DNA of 64,000 nucleotides from Octopus sinensis. Lineage: Eukaryota. The notes beneath the pieces are model-generated. The model saw nothing but the letters and a program-made list of their open reading frames with translations. It searched no databases and was not told where the DNA came from. A program made the translations under genes and the position numbers. The stretch is taken from NCBI RefSeq assembly GCF_006345805.1, contig NC_042999.1:57040001-57104000 (forward strand). The letters are read 5' to 3'. Every line of letters starts with the position of its first letter. The first letter of the stretch is position 1. Positions 53,355-64,000 of this stretch are shown piece after piece.

Positions 53355-54593
53355 ATGGAAGTGACAAAGGATCATGTTCGGCATATTTTGTTTTATGAGT
53401 TCAATAAAGGCAACAGTGCAATGGGAAGTGCAAGGAATATTAATGCAGTATATGGGGATCAGACAATAAGCATAAGCCAGTGTCAATGATGGTTTCAGAA
53501 ATTCCAAGCTGGAAACCACAGCCAAGAAGACGAGCCTCATCCTGGAAGATCTGTAGAGCTTGAGGAAGATGTCCTGCAAACCCTGGTGGGACAAAATCCC
53601 ATTGTAATTGTTGAGGAACTAACAGAGAAGCTTAGATTTGGTCATTCAACCTGCATGCCATCAGAAAAGTCAGCAAATTGGGTTAATGGGTTCCTCACAA
53701 ACTTTCCAAGTCTTATTGCACTGAGAGAGTGAATGCATTTTCCTCTTTGCTGCCACATCTCATGAATGAATCTTTTTTGGACTGAATAGTGACTGCTGAC
53801 AAGAAATGGGTCCTCTATAAGAATGTCAAGCACCAAAACAGTGGGCAGAGAAACGAGAAACACTGGCACCCCAGGCTAAAGAAGGTCTTCACCCATATAA
53901 AGTGTTGTTATCTGTTTGGTGGAATATGAAAGGTTTATTTCACTGTGAACTTTTAACCCTTTAGTGTTCATATTAATTTGTCAAAAGTAATCCTTATTTA
54001 TTCACATTTAAAAAAATTTATCTGATATTATTTTGTACCTTCAAGATAGGAAAGATGTAATTGCTTATTTTTAGAGTGACATTGCAGGGTAGGTGTGAGA
54101 TGCTGGTTCTGGCCAGTTTGAGCATAAAATGTGTAGAATATTTGGGCCGGATATCGCCGGTTTAAACACTAAAGGGTTAAACTCAAACCAAACAATGAAA
54201 AAGAAGATCCACTGCGAGCAACTTGAGCGGCTTAAGTCAGCGCTAGAAGAAAAACAACCATTTTTGGTTTCAAGACAAAAGGTGTTCTTCCATCAGGATA
54301 ATGCTTGGCCACATACAGCGAGGATGACATTCCAAAGGCTGGAGTAGTTTGAATGGGAAACGATGCCCCACCCACCATATTCGCCGGACATTGCCCCACC
54401 TGATTATCATTTATGCCACAGTTTTCAAAATCATTTGGCCGGAAAAAATATGAATTCTGTAGACAAGGTGAGAACAATACTGGAGGAGTATTTTTTTGTC
54501 ATGGATAAGTGAATTGTGGAAGAGAGCCTTGCAAGTCTACCAGACAGATGGAAGAGCATTGTAGAAAATAAAGGAGAGTATAGTTTAGATTAA
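53355..54593 (+). pseudogene. Mariner DD34D transposase pseudogene
   Basis: MEVTKDHVRHILFYEFNKG.., WVPHKL, IVTADKKW, HQDNAWPHTA, HPPYSPDIAPPDYHL; several stops and frameshifts. Confidence 0.9.
53957..54176. mobile_element. piggyBac-type MITE (220 bp) inside the mariner
   Basis: Perfect 12-bp TIR CCCTTTAGTGTT; TTAA at 53953-56 and 54177-80; removal restores HCELLNSNQTM. Confidence 0.92.
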
Positions 54594-54721
54594 AAAAGAA
54601 CTTTGTTTATCTTAATTTTGAAAAATAAAAGAGGTATAAAAAACTGCGTTATTTATGGGATAACCCAATACTTATGACAGTCTTAGAGCAAATCACTTGC
54701 CTGGAAAGTACATCTCCAAAA

Positions 54722-55110
54722 TACTTTTTTACTCTTTTACTTGTTTCAGTCATTTGACTATCGCCATGCTGGAGCACCGCCTTTAGTCAATTGAGCAAGT
54801 CGACCCTAGGACTTATTCTTTATAAGCTGAGTACTTATTCTATTGGTCTCTTTTGCCGAACTGCTAAGTTACGGGGACGTAAACACATCAGCATTGGGGG
54901 ATAAACACAGATATAAACATACAGACATACATATATACATATATTCGACGACCTTCTTTCAGTTTCCGTCTACCAAATCCACTCACAAGGCTTTGGTCGG
55001 TCTGAGGCTATAGTAGAAGACACTTTCCCAAGGTGCCACGCGGTGGGACTGAACCCAGAACCATGCAGTTCATAAGCATGCTACTTACCACACAGTCACT
55101 CCTACGCCTG
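54722..55110 (-). mobile_element. SINE family A
   Basis: Reverse complement of the consensus with a small internal deletion. Confidence 0.85.
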
Positions 55111-55451
55111 TTTGTTGATGTTTATTTATGAAATGATTAAGTTACCTTTTAATCAGTGAAGTTATGTCGTCAATCACATAAACACAGACACATACATGTG
55201 ACATCATTATTATCCTCATTATCATTTAAGATTCACTTTTCCACATAGTTTAAGGTTCAACCTTACTGTGTGGTATCTTAGGCAAGTGTCTTCAACTGTA
55301 GCCTCAGATTGACCAAAGACTTGAGAGTGGATTTGGTAAATAGAAACCAACAGAGACCCATTGTGTGTGTGTGTGGGGGGATATTGTGTGACAGTTGTAG
55401 GTTTATGTACACATGCACACACATATAAAATATGTAATACGCACTAAGCCA

Positions 55452-55554
55452 AATGTTGATCTTTTGATATTTTGAATGCATTTAATACATGTTCTTACAT
55501 AATTACTTGAAACAGACGTATTAACTGCATTCAAAATATCAAAATATCAACATT
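55452..55554. repeat. Imperfect 103-bp fold-back
   Basis: 39-nt arms (55452-90, 55516-54) matching at 36 of 39 positions, 25-nt spacer. Confidence 0.82.
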
Positions 55555-55616
55555 CGATTTTGTTTTTATTACATGTTACACGATTCTTCCATAACTAACT
55601 AGCTTGTTCTTGCTTA

Positions 55617-55832
55617 CTCATTTACTTGTTTCAGTCATTTGACTATGGCCATGCTGGAGCACTGCCTTTAGTCGAGCAAATCGACCCCGGGTCAATTCAT
55701 TGTAAGCCTATTACTTATTCTATCGGTCTCTTTTGCTGAACCGCTAATTTACGGAGACGTAAACAACCCAGCATCAGTTGTCAAGCGATGTTGGGGGGAC
55801 AAACACAGACACACAAACATATACACGCACAA

Positions 55833-55879
<47 letters not shown>

Positions 55880-56058
55880 ATATACATGTATACGACGGGC
55901 TTTTTTCAGTTTCTGTCTACCAAATTCACTCACAAGGCTTTGGTCGGTCCGAGGTTATAGTAGAAGACACTTGCCCAATGTGCCATGCAGTGGGACTGAA
56001 CCTGGAACCATGTGGTTCGTAAGCAAGCTACTTACCACACAGCCACTCATACGCCTAT
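55617..56058 (-). mobile_element. SINE family A, full length
   Basis: Reverse complement of the consensus. Confidence 0.88.
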
Positions 56059-56514
56059 AACATTTTGGTCAAGTCTATCACATCAAAGCATACCCTTCAA
56101 TATATACATATATATTTTGAGGGATATGATTTGATGTGGTCTACAGTAGTAATTGTGTGGACAAGCAGATGGATGACTGTTACTTTTGTGTTTAGATCTC
56201 AATCATAATCCAGTCTGCTTCCTACAATGAGTAGTAGCTTTACTAAAGGATGAACACAAGTTTATATTATAGTTCCTATATGCATCTCCATATTATCACT
56301 GTTACGGTTGTTTGTAGTTCAATAATAGGTGTTCCAAGAGATCAACCACAACAGAACATCAGAGAACGCATTATTGCATTAGCATTAAATTACAGATAAA
56401 CTATATATATAAAGTTAATCCAAACATGAAAACACAGAGAGAAAACACAACAAGCCGAGAGGACGTGGAACAAGTATAGTGTTATTGGACGTTTAGGAAA
56501 GGAAAGAAAGGAGG

Positions 56515-56549
56515 ATTTAACATTTCGAGCAGAGCTCTTTGTCAGAAAC
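56515..56549 (-). ncRNA. Degenerate minimal hammerhead ribozyme motif in a probable Penelope-like terminal-repeat fragment (~56400-56625)
   Basis: Minus strand GTTT-CTGACAA-A-GAGC(TCT)GCTC-GAA-ATGT-T-AAAT. The three departures from CTGACGA, ACGT and AAAC are all transitions. Confidence 0.55.
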
Positions 56550-56659
56550 GTAGGGAAAGGAAAGGTCCAAGGAAGGGAAGACGGAGGAAAAAAAAATCGC
56601 CAACGATACACACGCAGTCATATATATGTATGTATGTGTGTGTGTGTGCATTTGTAACA

Positions 56660-56985
56660 AATGGTTCAGTAGTTACAGCATTGGGCTCACAATCATAAGG
56701 TAGTGAGTTTGATTCCCAGGCTGGGCTGTGCATTGTGTTCTTGAGCAAAACACTTTATTTCCTGCTGCGCCAGTTCACTCAGCCATAAAAACGAGTAGCA
56801 ACATCACTGATGCCAAGCCTTTGCCATTCCCTTAAATAGCATCAGTGTCATGGAGAGGAGAGGCCAGTATGCATGGGTGACTGCTGGTCTTCCATAAACA
56901 ACCTTGCCTGGACTTGTGCCTCAGAGGGTAACTTTCTAGGTGCAATCCCATGGTCATTCATGGTCATTCTTTACCCTTTGTACAT
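56660..56985 (+). mobile_element. SINE family B, older copy
   Basis: Colinear with 12177-12515. Confidence 0.8.
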
Positions 56986-57894
56986 CATACGTGTATATGT
57001 GTGTGTGTGTGTATTTGTATGTATATGTATGTATATCACTATATATGTTTATGTCTACCAGTGAAATTTGGTGTTGTATTTCTTTGTAAGGCTGAAATAA
57101 GAACTGGAATTGATACAATCAACAAAAACCTTTGACTGTGGTGCCCCAGCATGGTCGCAGTCCAGTGACTGAAGCCAGTAAAGTAATAAAAGATAATTCC
57201 GAAAACCAAAATGTTCCCATTGAGAATTCTGATTAAATGCTGTGTTTTGGTTTCTTGTGAATGATTTAAATATGAGCTGATTTCAGAATGAATCGATAGT
57301 ATATATATATATATATGTATGTTTGTGTGTGTGTGTTTGTGTGTGTATGTGCATGTGTGTCTATGAGTGTGTTTAGATGTGTGTGTGTGTGTGTGTTTGA
57401 TAGCCATGTGCATACGGTGGTGGTGGTAATAGCAATGAGAGACTTAAGAACAGAATGATTTAGGAATGACAAATAAATAGTGTGTGTGTGTTTGTGTTGA
57501 CAAAACGTGTGTATGTGTGTTGATAAATGAGAAATAACACATCACTAAATTTCCTTGGATTTTATTGATTTATCATGTTTGCATGGCTGTGAGGCTAAGA
57601 TATTCAATTCTCAACCTCGTGGTTTTGCGTTCAGTCTCGCTGCATGGCACTCGAAGCTTTGTGTATGGATTAGCTACAGCGGTACTGAAAGAAACCCAAT
57701 GTGTGTATGTGTATACACACACACACACATACACACACATACACACACACACGCACACACATGCATGTCAGCGTGTCAGCATATGTGTCTCTTTATTCTG
57801 ATACCATTTGATAGTCGTAAATCATTGTCTCCATCATACAAGCTCTGGTGTTCATTTCTAATCTTATTTGCCAGTATTTTCCAGCCACTGGAAA

Positions 57895-58030
57895 ATTACA
57901 CCTTACTTTTAGAAACAGACAAGGTTTGGTGACAGGAAGGACATCTGGTCTTAGAAAATCTGCCTCCACACAATCCTTCTAACCTATGCAAGCATGGAAA
58001 AGTGGCTGCTAAAATAATGAAGATGTTGGT
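57895..58030 (+). mobile_element. RTE-tailed SINE (family D) 3' part
   Basis: TTGGTGACAGGAAGGACATC..CCTATGCAAGCATGGAAAAGTGG. Confidence 0.65.
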
Positions 58031-58794
58031 AATGGTTTGTGTGTGGGAGTATAAATGGAAGAATATGATATGAATTATATTATGCTCAGACTTATAAAAT
58101 AGAATTTAAAAACAAGAGTAATGAAATACTGAAGAAATACAAGAAGGTTTTTAACATTTATCTGAAGCTGAGAAAAAACCTCTTTTATTCCTTTACTGAT
58201 TTCAGTCACAGAAATTGAGGGCATGCTGGGGCACCACCTTCAAGGATTTAGACAGGTGTATTGACCCCAACCCAACCCAGTACTTACTACAATTTGGTGC
58301 TTATTTTAGCAGTCTCTCTTTATTGAATTGCTAAGTTATGCAACTTGATATACACCATTTACACACACACAGAGCATACTAGCAGAGTTCCTAGTGTTGG
58401 CTAATAAGAATCTATGGTATTCCTTCTAGCTCAACACAGATTTCAAATTCCGTCATGTCTAACTTTGTACTATCATGGAGGTCAGCATGTGTGTGCGTGT
58501 CTACATGTTATTGTACCCAACATTTTTGTTTTCCTGTTCTGTCAAGAGATTTCTAGTTTGTCATTCATTTATAACAAAATATGAAAAACATTCACCATTA
58601 GATTCTAGAATATGATTATGGAACAAGGAGTAAGGAACGAATGCTAGTATAAAGAAGTACATGAAAGTCACATCATCAATGAGGTCACAGGATGAGATGA
58701 AAAAACTTTGACAAACTAATCAGTCAATTTGTGAACTACAACCAATGCATGTGTTTTAATTGGCTATGTGACCCTCTCAACATTCAACAAAATC

Positions 58795-59000
58795 AGTTTT
58801 TGGGTTTCAAAATAAGGTACAGAGTCAGCAATTTCGGGGGGGGGGGTAAGTCGATTGCATTGACCCCAGTAACTAACTGGTACTTATTTTATCAACCCCA
58901 AATGGATGAAAGGCAAAGCTGACCTTAGCGGCATTTGAACTCAGACTGTAAAGACAAATGAAATACCATTAAGCATTTACCCAGTGCACTAATGACTCTG
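58795..59000 (-). mobile_element. SINE family C
   Basis: Reverse complement of head and body motifs. Confidence 0.75.
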
Positions 59001-59337
59001 TAAGCTGTTTCAAATTTGAACATGATGAACTTTCATTGAGTACAGTTGCTCATTTGTTGGCTCATAGTGCTAAGAGTTGGATATCTTCTCTCTTTTACTT
59101 GTTTCAGTCATTGGACTGCAGCCATGCTGGAGCACTGTCTTGAAGGATTTAGTTAAACAAATTATCCAAAGTACTTTTTTTTTGTTTAAAGTTTGATACT
59201 TATTCTACTGGTCTCTTTTGCCAAACTGCTGAGTTACAGGATGTGAACAACTAACACCAGTTACTAAGCTGTGAAGTATGTGTGTGTGTGTGTGGAGGGG
59301 CAGACAAACACAAAGATGCACACATACACACATACGA

Positions 59338-59755
59338 AGGAGTGGCTATGTGGTAAGTAGCTTGCTTACCAACCACATGGTTCCAGGTTCAGTCCCACTG
59401 CGTGGCACCTTGGGCAAGTGTCTTCTACTATAGCCTCGCGCTGACCAAAGCCTTGTGAGTGGATTTGGTAAACAGAAGCTGAAAGAAGTCCATCGTATAT
59501 GTGTGTGTGTGTGTGTGTATGTATGTGTGTGTGTATATGTTTGTGTGTCTGTTTGTCCCCCCAGCATCTCTTGATAACTGATGCTGGTGTGTTTACATCC
59601 CCATAACTTAGTGGTTCAGCAAAAGAGACCGATAGAATAAGTCCTGGGCTTACAAAGAATAAGTCCTGGGGTCTATTTGCTCAATCGACTAAAGGCAGTG
59701 CTCCAGCATGGCCACAGTCAAATGACTGAAATAAGTAAAAGAGTAAAGAGTAAAA
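59338..59755 (+). mobile_element. SINE family A, full length; inverted tail fragment at ~59090-59270
   Basis: Consensus head and tail. Confidence 0.88.
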
Positions 59756-60527
59756 GGAGCACACACGACATGCCTCTGCACAGTTTCCATCGATCAATTT
59801 CATTCAAAGGCAGTGGATGGCCTAGAGCTATAGCAAAAGGCACTTGCTCAAGGTGTCACACTGTGATATTGAACCCAAAACTATATGGTTGCAAAGCAAA
59901 CTTCTTAACTACACAGCCAGAGTGAAAAGAAATTTAAATGAACCAAATATATCTTCGACAGTCTAGATACTCACCATGGCTGCTATTTTCAGGCTGTAAG
60001 TATCTGTACAAGAAAACTTCATTATTGCACAAGTTGCTGATATTTCTAGCAAGAATACTAATAACCACAGTTTTCTGGCAAGTTCATAGATGAAGTTTTT
60101 ACTGAGCAATATTTTTTATTTAGATGTTATTTAGCAAGTATATTTATCTAGCAAATGAGTGAGAATGTTGATGTAAAGCACGAAGTATACTGTTTAAGTT
60201 CTTTGGTATTTTACATATTTTTACTTTACTTTGAATGATGGAGTCTTGAGAAGATCTTGGGAAGCTTTTTATGTTTGAAGGCTACATTGAGGTTTACTAC
60301 AATTTGACTAAGCTGCATCACAGACTGAATAGTTTTGCTAAAGCTATTATTTTATCAAATATAATTATTCGTAAATTCTTGACCAATGTGCAGAAAAGAA
60401 AGGGTTTCAGAATGAGAAACCACCAGCCCAACCCTAACTGCAACTTTTATTTTTTCTGATCATCATTTGGGATTTCTGTTATTAAACAAAATTATAACTA
60501 CTTTAAATGTAATTACAAGTAATTACA

Positions 60528-60691
60528 TAGGCGTAGGAGTGGCTGTGTGGTAAGTAGCTTGCTTACAAACCACACAGTTCCGGGTTCAGTCCCACTGCGT
60601 GACACCTTGAGCAAGTGTCTTCTACTATAGCCTCGGGCTGACCAAAGCATTGTGAGTGGATTTGGCAGATGGAAAGGGAAAGAAGCCCATC

Positions 60692-60728
<37 letters not shown>

Positions 60729-60965
60729 TATGTATGTGTGTGTGTATGTGTTTGTGTGTTTGTCCCCCCCAACATCACTTGACAACCGATGCTGGTGTGT
60801 TTAGGTCCCTGTAACTTAGCGGTTTGGCAAAAGAGACCAATAGAATAAGTACTAGGCCTGGGGTCGATTTGCTCAACTAAAAACCTAGGGTTGATTTGCT
60901 CGACTAAAAAGGCGGTGCTCCAACATGGCCACAGTCAAATGACTGAAACAATTAAAAGAGTAAGT
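60528..60965 (+). mobile_element. SINE family A, full length, with a short internal duplication
   Basis: Consensus; GGG(T)CGATTTGCTC(A/G)ACTAAAA occurs twice. Confidence 0.88.
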
Positions 60966-61688
60966 CTAAATAAAGAAACATAAATATGCCTCAAAGTTTT
61001 GCAATTAGTTGAAAAAATAGGTTTTAAATATAATTAATACAACAAAAATATATTCCAGGATAATGATTTTCTCTCAGACATACAGAAAGGTGCAAGTACT
61101 CCATCATCGGACTAGTAGAGGACAAGTTTTCAATTATTATCACAACTTGTGGTGCAAGTTAAGATTTTGAATGACCAAGTTCCATATTTCAGTTTAATCA
61201 GGGTGTTAAAGAAACAAATTATCATTTAATTCCAGACAAGTCCAGATTAAACAGATCTGCAATCAAAGTATTGCTGTCTAGCCTTGACCAAATTTCTTTC
61301 AAATTACATTACCATCTTGAAAAGAGAGGGAAACATTGAGTAAAGTAGCCCTACCTTAGGGAAGTGTCTTTTACTATATCCCCCAGGCCAGTGAATTTGG
61401 TTGATAAAAATTGAAAGAAACCCCGTGTGTATATATATATTATATGTGTGTTGGGGGTGGATGTGCATGCACGTGCATGTTTGTGTTTGTCCCCTACTAC
61501 TGCTTGACAACCCATGTTGGTTTACTTACATCCCTGTAACTTAGCAGTTCTGCATAGAAGGTTGATAGAACAAGTGCCAGGCTTAAAGAAAAATAATTAC
61601 TGGGGGCAATCTGTTTGACTAAAACCCCTCAAGGCTGTACCCCAGGATGGCTGCAGTCTAATAACAAAAAGTAAGCAATAAAAGATAT

Positions 61689-61729
<41 letters not shown>

Positions 61730-61895
61730 AATTGAGATAGGGGTTGTAAATGCAACCCACCATGGGATAACATATATCCAATATACTGCTAGTGAGACAC
61801 CCAACAAAGATAATACATAAATGTTAAGAATTGCGATACAATTAATTCATTTATTGTATTATATGGGCAAAGGTAAAATGTTTTACCACAAATTC

Positions 61896-63176
61896 ATAAT
61901 ATATATAAGAAAATGGAGAAATACATCGAAATCAAATATCAATTACCAGATAATACTCAATCACATACTTTATTAAACCACTACATAAGAATCTATAAGG
62001 TTAAACATAATAATGCAGGGTAAAACATTGTACATGAAGGAGTGTACATAAAATAGTAATGTTATACAATAAGAAGAATACGTATAATCTCTCTATATAT
62101 AAATGGCAGTTTGTCTGTCTGTGTGTCTGTCAGGTTGTACCCTCACCCTGACCACGGCTTTCAACCGATTCTGATGAAACTTGACACACACATAGCCCAA
62201 TGTCATAATTCAAAACTAACGCAGCGAAAATTTTGAAAAGTCCCCCCAGTTCTGAAAAAAAATCGATAAATTTGACATGGGTCGAGAATCTAAGCTTTTT
62301 ATATGCAACACATTTTCTACAGACTGTCTAGGGGATGCAACTCGACCTTTTTAACTCTCGGAATACGTGGGGTAAGTATCCCAAAATGTATAACAATGTA
62401 CAAAAATGGCAAAAAAGTGGGCAGCAATGTGAGTGACAACAACGAAAAAGTCAAAAGTGACCAAACTGAACAAACGAATGGAAAAGGTTTTTTGGTGCAC
62501 ACGACAAAAGCGGTTTATAATAAACCAAGAGTTTGCAAGTAGCGTCCGAGTTCCCTTAGGGTACATCAAAAATTTAAGGTAAAATGTTTGGAGTGGTAGT
62601 TATAAAGAAAGTGTAAACAAAAAAAGTATTCGAATAACTTGCGGCTGCAGCAGCTATTAGCAGAAGTGGCGGTGTTGGGGGTAAAGTCTCGAATGTAATT
62701 TCTTCCTGGTAGGAATTGGTTGGGTTGAATTATCGATAGCTGTTTGATAGTTATTTGGGAGTGAAGAGAAGACATTGCAACCTACACATGCGCCTTCGTT
62801 CCCTAGAGGGAAAGGACTAGATTGGGATTAGTCATTGCCTACTAGGGGCTCTTACATACCCGGGCAACGCCGGGCTATGCTGCTAGTAGAACATAAATAT
62901 AAGTACACATAAGGTTAAACATATAAGTACACATAAGGTTAAACATAATAATGCAGGGTTATGTGTACTTATATTTATGTTCTATTATACGTATTCTTCT
63001 TATTGTATAACATTACTATTTTATGTACACTCCTTCATGTACAATGTTTTACCCTGCATTATTATGTTTAACCTTATAGATTCTTATGTAGTGGTTTAAT
63101 AAAGTATGTGATTGAGTATTATCTGGTAATTGATATTTGATTTCGATGTATTTCTCCATTTTCTTATTTATATTAT
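61896..63176. repeat. 218-bp inverted duplication; left arm split by a Helitron
   Basis: 61896-62087 plus 62887-62912 is the reverse complement of 62959-63176, with one mismatch seen (63168). Confidence 0.93.
62088..62886 (+). mobile_element. Non-autonomous Helitron (799 bp), young
   Basis: A|TCTCTCTATATATAAA..GTCTGTCTG..CGATTCTGATGAAACTTGACACA start; hairpin CCCGGGCAACGCCGGG (62859-74); CTAG|T end; the empty A|T site is visible at 62984/62985. Confidence 0.92.
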
Positions 63177-63200
63177 ATATATATATATATATATATCATA

Positions 63201-64000
63201 ATATCATCATCATCATCGTCGTTTAACGTCCGTTCTCCATGCTAGCATGGGTTGGACGGTTCGACCGGGGTTCTGGGAAGCCAGAAGGCTGCACCAGGCT
63301 CCAGTCTAATTTGGCAATGTTTCTACAGCTGGATGCCCTTCCTAACGCCAACCACTCCGTGAGTGTAGTGGGTGCTTTTTACGTGCCACCTGCACAGGTG
63401 CCAGGCGGGGCTGGCAACGGCCACGGTCAGATTGGTGTATTTTATGTGCCACCGGCACGGAAGCCAGTCGATGCGGTGCTGGCATCGGCCACGAGTCGGA
63501 TAGTGCTTTTTACGTACCACCAGACCAGGGATCCTGGCTGGTTCAATTCGATTTCGATTTCGCTTGCCCCAACATGTCTTCACAAGCAAAGGGGGTTGGC
63601 AAGGGTGCCTGTCGTACGGTCGCATTGGAGTATTTTACGTGCCACGGCCACGAGTCGGATAGTGCTTTACGTACCACCAGACCAGGGATACTGGCTGGTT
63701 CAATTCGATTTCGATTTCGATTTCGCTTGCCCCAACATGTCTTCACAAGCAAAGGGGGTTGGCAAGGGTGCCTGTCGTACGGTCGCATTGGAGTATTTTA
63801 CGTGCCACGGCCACGAGTCGGATAGTGCTTTACGTACCACCAGACCAGGGATCCTGGCTGGTTCAATTCGATTTCGATTTCGCTTGCCCCAACATGTCTT
63901 CACAAGCAAAGGGGGTTGGCATGGGTGCCTGTCGTACGGTCGCATTGGAGTATTTTACGTGCCACGGCCCCGAGTCGGATAGTGCTTTTTACGTACCACC
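63201..64000 (-). mobile_element. Young RTE LINE 3'UTR with a 157-163-bp tandem array, running off the window
   Basis: (CAT)n-CGTTTAACGTCC tail; units start at 63487, 63646, 63809 and 63966. Confidence 0.88.

Larger units (their letters stand above)
53186..54668 (+). mobile_element. Near-full-length decayed mariner with a nested MITE
   Basis: TIRs TTGGGT(C/T)ATCC(G/C)ATAAATAA(T/C)GC; TA TSD at 53184-85 and 54669-70; 1259 bp after removing the insert. Confidence 0.92.

Noticed and set aside
63487-64000. CRISPR-like or protein-repeat reading of the tandem array (ORFs 63239-63982 and others)
   Set aside because: Units are contiguous with no unique spacers, the DNA is eukaryotic, and the array is part of an RTE 3'UTR; the ORFs simply reflect GC-rich repeats.

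Overview
This is AT-rich eukaryotic DNA made almost entirely of repeats. The SINE families and the microsatellite load look like an octopus (coleoid cephalopod) genome; this is recognition from memory, not a database result. No host protein-coding gene can be supported; there are only two weak exon candidates. Most listed ORFs are microsatellite or repeat artefacts. Retroelements: three tRNA-headed SINE families (called A, B, C here); a SINE variant (D) that shares its 3' end with an RTE LINE; many 5'-truncated RTE 3' ends; two young near-identical CR1-clade LINE copies in opposite orientation, one nested in an older CR1 and one in a SINE; and a 1146-bp solo LTR. DNA elements: mariner elements, piggyBac-type (TTAA) and hAT-type MITEs, and four non-autonomous Helitrons. 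There is also a ~3.5-kb (TA)-based array. The most unusual structures are (i) a 218-bp fold-back at 61.9-63.2 kb, where one arm holds a Helitron, the other keeps the empty site, and the spacer is built from templated snippets; (ii) a cluster of locally templated insertions at 24.85-26.2 kb; (iii) two degenerate minimal hammerhead ribozyme motifs of the Penelope-like type; and (iv) an RTE 3'UTR with an expanding tandem array and a terminal stem-loop shared with a SINE. Coordinates were counted by hand, so ends of degenerate copies are approximate.
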